A stretch of 64,000 nt of DNA from Leptospiraceae bacterium (GTDB taxonomy: Bacteria; Spirochaetota; Leptospiria; Leptospirales; Leptonemataceae): positions 783,448 to 847,447 of the forward strand of contig JAVJNR010000003.1 in NCBI GenBank assembly GCA_040217195.1. The letters are read 5' to 3'. The number at the start of each line of letters is the position of its first letter. Positions within the stretch are counted from its first letter, which is position 1. Positions 1 to 9,468 of the stretch are shown in pieces. Below the pieces are notes generated by a model. That model searched no databases and had not been told where the DNA came from. It worked only from the letters and a program-made list of their open reading frames with translations. A program made the position numbers and the translations under genes.

Positions 1-147
1 GCTTAGGTTAGTCGCCGGTGGACATTCAAAGGATGATTATACCATCAGGCGATTTTCGCCGCCACCTGCCTAAATGGTGGGCTGCCAGACTTAATCTGAT
101 TTAGCTGGGGGTAGAAGATCTTAAAAGAAGAATGATTCAGTATTTGC

Positions 148-699
148 ATGGAGAAATCCATGGGTTCCAAAAAATCAGTGAATATGCCGGGCGAAAGATA
201 CATTCGATCCTATTTCTATAAAATCGATGGCAAGGGATTACTTTACCATGATGGCACCTTGCAGGATGATGCGAAGTTCCTGGATTTCTTTTTCAAGCGT
301 CTCAAGCCCAACGATACGGGGGAAAATCCAGATTATCCATACATTTCACCTTGCGGCAAAGAGATGAATTTCATCAGAAGCGAAGGGGCTCCCTTTGTTT
401 TCAGGAAGCTAAACGACCAGCGTAAGGTTTTGATTTTTGCAGCATCCCTGGAGTTTAACTGGAGGCCGGAACAACTAGTATTTGGATCCGACGGACAGCT
501 GTATCATCCGGCGCCGTTTGAGCTTGGTCGCATATCTCCTGAACTACTACTTGAATGGCAGAACTATCTGGACTTCGATAGCAGCTGGAAAATTCGACCG
601 GAGGGACCCTTCGCAAGCCTGAGCAAAACTCAGATTCTATCTCCTATGGAGGAAGACCTGGATAAAAGGATGAGGTTACCCGAGCATTTCCCTGCCTGA
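148..699 (+). CDS. DUF4505 family protein (C8orf82-like)
   Basis: RSYFYKIDxxGxLY...FLDFFFKRL...YPYISPCGKEMNF pattern recalled for DUF4505; start may be 184. Confidence 0.7.
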   Translation: MEKSMGSKKSVNMPGERYIRSYFYKIDGKGLLYHDGTLQDDAKFLDFFFKRLKPNDTGENPDYPYISPCGKEMNFIRSEGAPFVFRKLNDQRKVLIFAASLEFNWRPEQLVFGSDGQLYHPAPFELGRISPELLLEWQNYLDFDSSWKIRPEGPFASLSKTQILSPMEEDLDKRMRLPEHFPA

Positions 700-788
700 T
701 TGGGAACTGATTCCGAGTCAAATTTGCCAGAGAGACAGGCCCGCCAGGAATGGCCGGACAATACGACCATCCGAACGGACCTTAATTC

Positions 789-1328
789 TTAGTATCTTGG
801 AATGGAGTCGTCTATTTCTTCAGACCAACGGTCAATTCCACCACGCAGACTTTTTACGTTTGGAAGACCATGACCTTTAAAATAGCTGGCCGCTTCCAGG
901 GATCGCTGACCCACATGGCAATAGAATGCGATGTTAGTATCTTTTTCCCATTTGTTGAGAATTTCGTAGGCCATTTCCCGGGTAAGCATTTCTGAGCCGG
1001 GAATCTCTGCCATTTGCGCCTCGAAAGGCTCTCGAACATCGATGATTCTCCAGTTCTCGCCGGCATCCAGTTTGGACTTCAGTTCCTGGGGATCGATTTG
1101 CATCTCTTCATCCACTCGAGCGCTTTCATAGATATGATCGATGGCCTCGCCCACTGAATTTGGACGGTTATGATTGATGAAGACCTCTTCCAGAGTGTCG
1201 CTGGGAGCGAATCCGCAGCTGGAACAGCCGCCAATATGGTATTTTTGAAAAAGTGCTCTCTTGGCGCTGGGATAAATATCCATGATCTCCATCATAGACA
1301 TATCAGGAGTAATATCTTTTGTAAGCAT
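789..1328 (-). CDS. Rhodanese domain protein with N-terminal DUF1858-like Cys domain
   Basis: IIDVREPFE...FYCHVGQRS...LRGGIDRW rhodanese motifs; N-terminal YHIGGCSSC; GGAGAGGA RBS before ATG at 1328. Confidence 0.8.
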   Translation of the reverse strand: MLTKDITPDMSMMEIMDIYPSAKRALFQKYHIGGCSSCGFAPSDTLEEVFINHNRPNSVGEAIDHIYESARVDEEMQIDPQELKSKLDAGENWRIIDVREPFEAQMAEIPGSEMLTREMAYEILNKWEKDTNIAFYCHVGQRSLEAASYFKGHGLPNVKSLRGGIDRWSEEIDDSIPRY

Positions 1329-1493
1329 CAAATCCTCTCCATTGGAAGTATTAAGGGCCCAGATTGGCCCGGGATGACCATGTCGACTCAAGCGCGGTAC
1401 AGGTCCATCTCTCAGAGGAAAAAAACAAAACTGGCAGGAATGGAAAGCCTTTTCCTTCTTGCGGAGCAGCAGGGTAATGGGAAATCGACTTAA

Positions 1494-2084
1494 GTGGACC
1501 CGCTTTCTAGAATTCCATCCGGCCGAATTGGTCGAACCTTATTGTCTGTAATACTGGCTGCCTTTCTAGGCGGCTGTAGCACACCGGACTTCATTCAGGA
1601 ACTCTACGGGGTTAATCCAGAACCTCAGGTGCATCTGACCTATCACCGGGCAGCCTATCGCTGCAGTATCCTGGTGGAAGACATGAAGGTACCGGTAAAG
1701 ATACTGCCCCGGGCTCCCATTCCCTATTCCGATCAAGCCTTTGCTGGCATCCGGGTAGGCTACAATTTCCCTTTTGAGCATTTCAAGGAAATCATGACCT
1801 GGGCCCGGAACTACTATAAAGAAGCCCGGTATATTATGCTAACTGATCCGGCCCAGGGTGGGAACCGAGTATCCCATTATACCATGCATCTGGGTGTGCG
1901 CACCGACGAAGCCTTCCAGGGAGGATGGAAACCCTGGAGCAATGAAGATTTCAATCGGATTCGTTCCCTATCGTCCCAGGAAGAAATGCATCAGCTTCTG
2001 CGTTCCTTCAAGCAGGAGCCCAATCCATTACCATACCAGTCTGACGATAACAATTGGTGGAACCTGGAATTCTGGTCCTTGTAG
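1494..2084 (+). CDS. Hypothetical lipoprotein
   Basis: Hydrophobic leader ending in LGGC lipobox; 196-aa ORF. Confidence 0.55.
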   Translation: MDPLSRIPSGRIGRTLLSVILAAFLGGCSTPDFIQELYGVNPEPQVHLTYHRAAYRCSILVEDMKVPVKILPRAPIPYSDQAFAGIRVGYNFPFEHFKEIMTWARNYYKEARYIMLTDPAQGGNRVSHYTMHLGVRTDEAFQGGWKPWSNEDFNRIRSLSSQEEMHQLLRSFKQEPNPLPYQSDDNNWWNLEFWSL

Positions 2085-2226
2085 GTTTCGGCAGATTCAT
2101 ATAGACAGACGCTACTGGCGCAAACCGATGCTTGATTCGCAATCCTCATCGATATTCTCATCCCAATCCCTCTGGAACAGAGGATTCCAGTCGAATCCAA
2201 ATAACCAGAACCCATCCAGACAAAGA

Positions 2227-2877
2227 ATGACCAATAAGCGAGATGCTGTTGAGGCAGGAATCATCCCATATCTGGCCTGCGTTTTGTTTCTTCTGATTTT
2301 TCATTGTAGCCCAGGTAGCGAGCCCTATACCTTTTTGCTTCCGGAATCCAGAAACTATTTAATCATTGGAGACTCGCTCACCGAGCGTTCGGATGGATTT
2401 TACCTGGAAAACCTCAGTCCAGATCCATTAACGGTGTACATCCGGGGCGTGGACGGCTATGATTACAGGGACTGGTATCTTAGAATGGATCAGGCATTTG
2501 CAGGGATTCCATCACCGGATCGAATCATTACGGTTCTGGGTTCCAACGATGCGGCGCGTTTCAGCGGACAGGACTTTCTGGACAATGTGAATCAATTTCA
2601 TGAGGCCATCCGGCAACGTAGCAGTGCCACTGTATTCTATACCCAGGTGCCCCGAAGTCGCTATCTGCCTATTCAAAACGGAATACTTTCCAACAATGCA
2701 TTACTGGAGAGTAACCTCCCTGCAGAATCCAGGTTAATCGACCTGGACACACCGTTTGAAACCCATTTAAGTACCGGAGGAGCTCCCCTGTATCCGCAGG
2801 ATGATGCCATTCATCCCAATCGGACAGGCTATACTTTAATGGGTACTATCATTCTGGAAGCTCTGTACAGAGATTAG
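2227..2877 (+). CDS. SGNH/GDSL hydrolase, probably lipoprotein
   Basis: IGDSLT, GVDG, LGSND and DAIHP blocks; start inferred at ATG 2227 within the longer ORF 1858-2877. Confidence 0.8.
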   Translation: MTNKRDAVEAGIIPYLACVLFLLIFHCSPGSEPYTFLLPESRNYLIIGDSLTERSDGFYLENLSPDPLTVYIRGVDGYDYRDWYLRMDQAFAGIPSPDRIITVLGSNDAARFSGQDFLDNVNQFHEAIRQRSSATVFYTQVPRSRYLPIQNGILSNNALLESNLPAESRLIDLDTPFETHLSTGGAPLYPQDDAIHPNRTGYTLMGTIILEALYRD

Positions 2878-2879
2878 AT

Positions 2880-4142
2880 TCAGACTCTCAGGGAATCCGC
2901 AACGCTACTCATTTCAGCCAGGAGCAGATAACTGGCTACCCGCCCCATTCCTTTTAGCTCCACAAAGCCCCTTTCTTCGAACTGAAACTTGCCCTTGAGT
3001 AGAGAGTAAGTAGATTCGGTAACCTGAACTTTACCTGGCACCCCGCTGGATTCCATTCTAGACGCAGTGTTTACGCTTTTGCCCCAGAGGTCATAGACGA
3101 ATTTCTTTTTTCCAATTACCCCGGCCACCGCATCGCCGGATGCCATGCCGATGCGAATCTCCAGTGGTAGCTCCTCTACCTCACGGTATCTCCGCACCAC
3201 TTCCAACATATCCAGGGCAAATCTGGCTACACTCTCTGCATGCTTCTGGTCTGGTTCTGGTAATCCGCCAACCACCATATAAGCATCGCCTATGGTTTTG
3301 ATTTTCTCCAGACCATGCTTTTCTGCCAGGTCATCAAACTCAGAGAAGATGCGATTTAGCAGATCCACAACATCCACAGGACTCATGGAATGCGACATTT
3401 CAGTAAATCCCACAATGTCAGAAAACAAAATAGTACATTCTTCGAACCGCTCCGCAATGGTATCCGGGCTTTCGCGAAGCTTATCCACAATGGAAGCGGG
3501 TAAAATGTTCAGCAGCAATTTCTCTGATTTGGATCTCTCCAGGTGTAAATAGGTCTCCGCCACTTCATAGATTCGACTGATATAGGCCGCAAGTCCCAGG
3601 GTCAGGACCCCTGCACCCAGCAAATTGGCCCTTGAGATGGATAGCATATCCTGCTGGGTCCAGTTCAGATTGCGCCCCATCTCCGGTAAGTAAATGTGCA
3701 GAGCTGCCAGTTCCAGAAGAGCGGCAAAGCCAGTGAAGTTCATCCAGCTACGCTGTCTGGCCGGAAAAATGAAGAATTGAGCCAGTATGACGGGAAACAG
3801 AAAGAAGTGAAAGTTGGACTCCGCCCCCATAAGAAAGCTCATCAAACCCATGAAGATCATGCCGCTCAGAGAAAAGTATAGCCGGGCCAGCAGTCTGTAT
3901 CCTTTTCCGTTTAGAAACAGCACACCAAGTAATAGAAGACTGTATACGAGTGGGATTTTGGGCAGGAGCTGCAGATTATCTGGAAGAATGGCAACGGAGA
4001 TGCCGGTAAATATCAGAGTAAAAAGTAGCATCAAAACGGCCAGGGTATTAACCAGCAGCACATTCTTCTGCTCTGCTTCATCTTTTACCCCCGTCATCCC
4101 ACTATAGGCGATGGTATTCCAGATCAGCTGAAGCATAGACAC
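2880..4142 (-). CDS. Membrane-bound class III adenylate/guanylate cyclase
   Basis: About six N-terminal TM helices; ILFSDIVGFT, KIKTIGDAYM, YDLWGKSVNTASRMES. Confidence 0.92.
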   Translation of the reverse strand: MSMLQLIWNTIAYSGMTGVKDEAEQKNVLLVNTLAVLMLLFTLIFTGISVAILPDNLQLLPKIPLVYSLLLLGVLFLNGKGYRLLARLYFSLSGMIFMGLMSFLMGAESNFHFFLFPVILAQFFIFPARQRSWMNFTGFAALLELAALHIYLPEMGRNLNWTQQDMLSISRANLLGAGVLTLGLAAYISRIYEVAETYLHLERSKSEKLLLNILPASIVDKLRESPDTIAERFEECTILFSDIVGFTEMSHSMSPVDVVDLLNRIFSEFDDLAEKHGLEKIKTIGDAYMVVGGLPEPDQKHAESVARFALDMLEVVRRYREVEELPLEIRIGMASGDAVAGVIGKKKFVYDLWGKSVNTASRMESSGVPGKVQVTESTYSLLKGKFQFEERGFVELKGMGRVASYLLLAEMSSVADSLRV

Positions 4143-4228
4143 AGATAGTCAAAAAGTCCTTACTACGGCGCAACCATTTTGTCTGGGGTTCAGCAAAATG
4201 ACTTAAAAAGTCCCCGTTGCAGCCCACT

Positions 4229-4675
4229 CAAGGCTCGCAGAGCCGCCACTCTTCCCGGAGCTCACAAGCAAGGAGGCCTTGCCACAGACCGCCGTTCCGG
4301 AGCAACGGCCGGACAGGAAGTCCGCAAGGTCCGAAGGACCGCCATTCTTCCCGGAGCTCACAAGCAAGGAGGCCTTGCCACAGACCACCGTTCCGGAGCA
4401 ACGGGCGGACAGGAAGTCCGCAAGGTCCGAAGGACCGCCACTTTTCCCGGAGCTCACAAGCCAGGAGGCCTTGCCACAGACCACCGTTCCGGCGCAACGG
4501 GCGGACAGGAAGTCCGCAAGGCTCGCAGAGCCGCCACTCTTCCCGGAGCTCAAAAGCAAGGAGGCCTTGCGGCAGACCACCGTTCCGGAGGAACGGGCGG
4601 ACAGGAAGTCCGCAAGGTCCGAAGGACCGCCATTCTTCCGGGAGGTCGCAAGCCAGGAGGGCTTGCGAAAGACCA
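4229..4675. repeat. Tandem array of a 96-bp hairpin-rich unit, about 4.7 copies
   Basis: Units start at 4229, 4325, 4421, 4517 and 4613 (exact 96-bp period); several inverted repeats per unit. Confidence 0.97.
4229..4675 (+). ncRNA. Putative CsrB/RsmZ-like multi-GGA sponge RNA (hypothesis)
   Basis: 25 GGA trinucleotides on + strand; GCGGAC-AGGAA-GTCCGC and TCGCAAGCC-AGGAG-GGCTTGCGA stem-loops; no clear promoter or terminator identified. Confidence 0.35.
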
Positions 4676-4694
4676 ACTCTAAAAAAGACTTCCC

Positions 4695-5279
4695 ATGCTT
4701 GCCGAGCTCTTGAATTGTCACGCTGTGCGCCCCCTACCTGAAGTGCATAGCACAGAATCGATTTCGGCTTTGTTAGAACAGTGCGAGTCCATTCAAAAGG
4801 CTGTGGAGACCTTTATCCGAGAGATACCTCTGGAGTATTTGAATGAGCAGGGTTATCCTGAAGGATGGAGTCCGGCTCGCAACATCAAACATGTAGGCAA
4901 CAGCCTGACTCTATTTTCCAAGTTCATAGGGGCCCCGGCCTGGTTTATAGCTCTATTCGGAAAGGCGAAAGCCTCCATGCCACCCATTGAATCAGTGCGG
5001 CCCACCAATCGTCCGCCCAGGTACGATTACGGAACCTATAAGCCCGGCAAGCCCTGCACGGAAGAAAAGAGGGAGGCCCTAATCCAGGGGCTGGCCCGAA
5101 GTTTCGAACGGTTCAAAAAATCCCTGCAGAAGCGCAATGAAGAAGAAATGGACCGCCGAAAAGGGCTCTTTGGGGGCATGAGCCTGCGACTATTTGCTCA
5201 TTTTGTGCTCAAACATACGGTTTTTCATCTTCAGGTGGTCCGGACCCGCCTTCAGACAGCCTCAGAATTGGCCGGCTGA
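4695..5279 (+). CDS. DinB/YfiT-like family protein
   Basis: GWSPARNIKHV and C-terminal KHTVFHLQVV His pattern; start uncertain (4695 or GTG 4743). Confidence 0.7.
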   Translation: MLAELLNCHAVRPLPEVHSTESISALLEQCESIQKAVETFIREIPLEYLNEQGYPEGWSPARNIKHVGNSLTLFSKFIGAPAWFIALFGKAKASMPPIESVRPTNRPPRYDYGTYKPGKPCTEEKREALIQGLARSFERFKKSLQKRNEEEMDRRKGLFGGMSLRLFAHFVLKHTVFHLQVVRTRLQTASELAG

Positions 5280-5365
5280 GGCCCGAATTCAGATCAGATT
5301 CTTCATCTTAAATAGTACTTGCCCGAGCCCGGCCTGAGTTCGTTCTTTCTGGATAGGGAGCGGAT

Positions 5366-6817
5366 ATGTCGACAGAATTAATAGATAGAACCGATCAGAA
5401 TGAACCAGCTTTTTACGAGGCCGATGGGTTTCCCCGAGGTCTGAACCGAAAGGTGGTAGAATCCATTTCCCACATCAAGAATGAACCGGGATGGCTTACC
5501 GAATTCAGGCTTCAGGCCCTGGAAACATTTCAGTCCAAACCCATGCCAACCTGGGGCTTTATTCCTCAGTTCAACATCAACCTGGAAGACTACATTCACT
5601 ACGTAGGCTCGAATAAGAAAAAGAAAAAGTCCTGGGATGAAGTGGATCCGGATGTACTGGAAAGTTTTGAAAGACTGGGCATTCCAGAACATGAACGAAG
5701 ATACCTGGCCGGCCTGGAAGCGATGAACGATTCAGAGACGGTCTATGCCAACGTTAAGAAAGAACTGGAAGACCTGGATATTATCTTCTGCGATATAGAT
5801 ACAGCCATCCGGGAGTATCCTGAACTTGTTAAGAAGTACCTTGGCTCAGTAGTAACTCCAGATGATAACAAATTTGCTGCATTGAATAGTGCCGTTTTTA
5901 GTGGAGGCTCTTTTGCTTACTGTCCTCCAGGAGTAAAAACTCCCATGCCCTTGCAGGCCTATTTCAAGGTTACGGCTGCCAGCTCGGGACAATATGAGCG
6001 AACTCTATTGATTGCAGATGAAGGAGCGGAAATCGTCTACAGCGAAGGATGCACCTCATTGCAAGATGCAGGTACGAACTTCCATACGGCTGTCGTAGAA
6101 CTTGTAGCTCTTGAGAAATCTAGAATCCATTATACAACAATCCAGAACTGGAAAAAGAATATGTATAACTGGACTGTGAAGCGTGGCCTGGCAGAAAAGG
6201 AAGCGCATATCACATGGACTGATGTCAACATTGGCGCTCAGACTATGAAGTATCCGGGAATTATTCTCAAGGGAGATAGATCCACCGGTGACATTCTATC
6301 CCTGGCTTTTGCAGGCTCCAATCAAATCCAGGACACAGGTGCCAGGGTAATTCATGTTGGAAAAGATACCAGGTCCAATGTACTGGCCAAAGGCGTTTCC
6401 CTGGACGGAGGAATCAACTCCTACAGAGGCCTTGTAAAGTTTGACAAATCAGCCACCGGAGCCTTCAGTCATGTTAAATGCGATGGCTTGATGATGGATG
6501 ATAGAAGTCAGTCCCATGCATATCCTTACAATGATGTGGCCGGCGCCGATGGTTCTTTGAACTACGAGGCTACCGTTTCCAAGATCGATGAGGACATGCT
6601 CTTTTATCTGCAATGTCGAGGTCTCAACGAAGATGAAGCGAAGCTTCTTATCGTAAACGGTTTCTGCGACGGTGTGGTCAGGGATCTTAACGTTGAATAC
6701 TCGGTAGAAATGAGTCGGCTTATTCGAATGATTCTTGAGGATGGAAAAGCCATCGAAAGAAAGGATCAGAAAAAACAGGAAGTGCCTCAGGCCTCCGTGT
6801 CCGGGCCAGCCTGTTAA
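5366..6817 (+). CDS. sufB: Fe-S cluster assembly protein SufB
   Basis: [43 protein letters not shown]. Confidence 0.96.
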   Translation: MSTELIDRTDQNEPAFYEADGFPRGLNRKVVESISHIKNEPGWLTEFRLQALETFQSKPMPTWGFIPQFNINLEDYIHYVGSNKKKKKSWDEVDPDVLESFERLGIPEHERRYLAGLEAMNDSETVYANVKKELEDLDIIFCDIDTAIREYPELVKKYLGSVVTPDDNKFAALNSAVFSGGSFAYCPPGVKTPMPLQAYFKVTAASSGQYERTLLIADEGAEIVYSEGCTSLQDAGTNFHTAVVELVALEKSRIHYTTIQNWKKNMYNWTVKRGLAEKEAHITWTDVNIGAQTMKYPGIILKGDRSTGDILSLAFAGSNQIQDTGARVIHVGKDTRSNVLAKGVSLDGGINSYRGLVKFDKSATGAFSHVKCDGLMMDDRSQSHAYPYNDVAGADGSLNYEATVSKIDEDMLFYLQCRGLNEDEAKLLIVNGFCDGVVRDLNVEYSVEMSRLIRMILEDGKAIERKDQKKQEVPQASVSGPAC

Positions 6818-6828
6818 AGCGTTTCTAT

Positions 6829-6850
6829 TCCGGTCAGTACCGTGACCGGA
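6829..6850. other. Intercistronic hairpin between sufB and sufC
   Basis: TCCGGTCA-gtaccg-TGACCGGA perfect 8-bp stem, no U-tract. Confidence 0.5.
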
Positions 6851-6928
6851 TCATACTTGCAGACGCTAAATGCATAAAATCAGCCGGTACAGCCATGCTG
6901 GCCGGCGAATTATTTTAAGGAAAAAAAT

Positions 6929-7690
6929 ATGACTGCAATCATAGAGATTAAAGACCTTCATGTTGAGGTCGAAGAGACAGAAATTTTAAAAGGTGTAAAC
7001 CTTTCTATCCCTGCCGGGGAGATTCATGCTATAATGGGGCCCAATGGTTCAGGCAAGAGTACTCTTTCCAATGCAATCATGGGGCATCCCAACTATAAGA
7101 TTACTGGCGGAGACATCCTATTCAAAGGAGAATCCATTCTAGGATGGTCCACCGATGAAAGAGCTCGTAAAGGTCTTTTCCTTTGTTTCCAGTATCCCAC
7201 GGCCATCCCCGGCGTTACAGTGACTAACTTCCTTCGTAATGTCTTGAAGAATGTTCGAGGCAAGGATGTGCCGGTTCGGGAATTTCGCACGGAAGTCAAG
7301 CAGGCCATGGAAGAACTGCAGATGGATTCCAATTTCATGGGACGATATGTAAACGATGGATTCTCCGGCGGGGAGAAAAAGAGAAATGAAATCCTGCAAA
7401 TGAGCCTGATGAAACCAGGGCTGGCCATTCTAGATGAGGTGGACTCCGGACTTGATATTGATGCACTACGAATCATCGCCCAGAATATTGAGAAACAGAA
7501 CAACCAGGATCGATCCATGCTGGTAATCACCCACTATCAGAGAATCCTGAACTATTTATCCCTGGATAAGGTACATATCTTTCTGGATGGACGGGTGCAG
7601 ACCAGCGGTGGTCCTGAACTCGCCGAGCGTCTGGAAAAAGAAGGTTATGACTGGGTAAGCAAAGCCGCTGCTGCCGGAGGCAATGCATGA
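6929..7690 (+). CDS. sufC: Fe-S cluster assembly ATPase SufC
   Basis: [43 protein letters not shown]. Confidence 0.97.
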   Translation: MTAIIEIKDLHVEVEETEILKGVNLSIPAGEIHAIMGPNGSGKSTLSNAIMGHPNYKITGGDILFKGESILGWSTDERARKGLFLCFQYPTAIPGVTVTNFLRNVLKNVRGKDVPVREFRTEVKQAMEELQMDSNFMGRYVNDGFSGGEKKRNEILQMSLMKPGLAILDEVDSGLDIDALRIIAQNIEKQNNQDRSMLVITHYQRILNYLSLDKVHIFLDGRVQTSGGPELAERLEKEGYDWVSKAAAAGGNA

Positions 7691-8892
7691 GCGGGGTCGC
7701 CCAGATCCAGAACGAAGCCATAAATGCATTAAAAGCCGGTACGGAGAATTTGCCCGATCGGTCCAGCGAGCAATGGCGCAAGGTTCGCCTGGATGGAGTT
7801 GATGTTTTCTCTCGAAAGCCTGGAGAATTCAGCTTTGACCTGGCCTACAGCAAGGAATCCGGCGTTCCTCTGAATAGCTACAGCGAATTGCCCTCCCCGG
7901 CAAAGGGAGCGCAGACAAGCTACGAACAGGCAGGAATGAAGATTCTTGAGCCCGGCGAAGGAACCTTTGGTCAACATTGGTCCTGGCTAATAAATCGTGC
8001 TCGAGACACCAGAGATCCATTCGAATTAACTACACTTGGCTATGGACAGCCAGTGGGATTGCACATCCAGCAGGACATTGCATTACGAATTCGCTATGAG
8101 GCCGGCCAAGGTAATCTGTACCTACCATCCATTTACATAAAGGTGGACCCGGACAAAGAACTGGATTTGTACATTGAATATTCCGATCCCAACGGGAACT
8201 CCGAAGAGCTGGGACGTATGTGGAGCAGCACTACTTTTATTGATGCCGGGAACAATGCTCGAGTGCGAATTGTAGACAGCAGAAAACATGATGATCTTAG
8301 CTTTCACTTTCATCGACTGGATGTAGTTGAAGGTCGGGACAGCAATGTGCACTATTGTGCCGTACATCGCGGTGGATTGACCGGAAAGGGCTTTGTTCGC
8401 ACTAGAGCGATAGAAAAAGGAGCCTTCTTTCGCGGAATAGGATTGTACACCGGACGTTCCGCTCAGCTGCATGATATGGAAATGGAAATCAGCCATGAGG
8501 CAGACCATTGCGTCAGCACTTTGCTCTACAAGACAGTGCTCCGCGACAGAGCTCACAGTATTTTCAATGGTTCCCTGGTGGCGCCGCCTCATATCAAACA
8601 GGTAGACTCCCATCAGACCAACAATAACATACTACTAAGCAAGAAGGCAAGGGCTGAGTCCATGCCAAGATTGATTATTCAATCGGAAGATGTTTCCTGC
8701 GAACACGGAGCTACAGTGGGTGACCTGGATGAACAGGCACTATTCTTTCTGCAGTGCAGAGGAATTCCTCTGGAGGAAGCTAGACGCATCCTGATTGAAG
8801 GATTCATGGAAGAAATTCTCTCCGAATTACGAATGACCGAAGAAGATCTTGCCAGCATGCGCGATGAACTGTTTCCAATACTCCAGAGTTAA
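7687..8892 (+). CDS. sufD: SufD family Fe-S assembly protein
   Basis: [28 protein letters not shown] overlap with sufC. Confidence 0.9.
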   Translation: MSGVAQIQNEAINALKAGTENLPDRSSEQWRKVRLDGVDVFSRKPGEFSFDLAYSKESGVPLNSYSELPSPAKGAQTSYEQAGMKILEPGEGTFGQHWSWLINRARDTRDPFELTTLGYGQPVGLHIQQDIALRIRYEAGQGNLYLPSIYIKVDPDKELDLYIEYSDPNGNSEELGRMWSSTTFIDAGNNARVRIVDSRKHDDLSFHFHRLDVVEGRDSNVHYCAVHRGGLTGKGFVRTRAIEKGAFFRGIGLYTGRSAQLHDMEMEISHEADHCVSTLLYKTVLRDRAHSIFNGSLVAPPHIKQVDSHQTNNNILLSKKARAESMPRLIIQSEDVSCEHGATVGDLDEQALFFLQCRGIPLEEARRILIEGFMEEILSELRMTEEDLASMRDELFPILQS

Positions 8893-9008
8893 ATCCACAG
8901 AACTCGAATTTTCCGTGCTGAGCTCAGGCCGGTTGGGCCGTCGTCCATACCGGCCACTTGCCTGGTCGCTACGGGAATAGAAGAAACAATTCCGCAACAG
9001 GAGAGAAC

Positions 9009-9317
9009 ATGGCTGAAAAACTGGCCTCAGAATCAGAAATCAAAGAAGGTGAAGTGTTCACCTGTAATACCAGGATTGGCAGGGTGGCCCTGACTCGGTT
9101 GAACGGTAAGATCTGCGCCTTTGAGAACACCTGCACTCATGATGGAGGCCCCTTGAATGGGGGCACTCTGGACGGAAATGAAATCGTATGCCCCAGGCAT
9201 GGAGCCAGGTTTAACGTTGAATCCGGGGAGGCCACCCGGATGCCGGCCACGGAAAGTATTGAGATTTATCCTGTGGAAGTGGAGAACGGAGAGGTCATGG
9301 TAGATTTGGACGCCTAG
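9009..9317 (+). CDS. Rieske-type [2Fe-2S] ferredoxin
   Basis: CTHDG and CPRHGARF motifs; AGGAG RBS before ATG 9009. Confidence 0.92.
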   Translation: MAEKLASESEIKEGEVFTCNTRIGRVALTRLNGKICAFENTCTHDGGPLNGGTLDGNEIVCPRHGARFNVESGEATRMPATESIEIYPVEVENGEVMVDLDA

Positions 9318-9468
9318 AAGGCCTGGAACCAGACCAGATTACCACTCAAATCCAGCCCGAAAGGCCGGAGGCTCAGGTCAGTAGCTTTGCCGACAAAAAC
9401 ACTGGCAAGGCAGGGTGCTGGCTATTTTTTTACCGGAGAAAGGTTTCGTACCGGGAGATTGGCATTCC

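Noticed and set aside
1858..2226. N-terminal extension of the SGNH ORF
   Set aside because: Overlaps the upstream lipoprotein gene in another frame; the signal-like segment begins only after ATG 2227.
4229..4675. CRISPR array
   Set aside because: Units are near-identical over their full length with no unique spacers; no cas genes in the window.
4179..4741. Five overlapping ORFs across the 96-bp array as a 32-aa repeat protein
   Set aside because: The unit is a multiple of 3 and nearly stop-free, so several frames are open by construction; no RBS, and substitutions conserve base pairing rather than amino acids.
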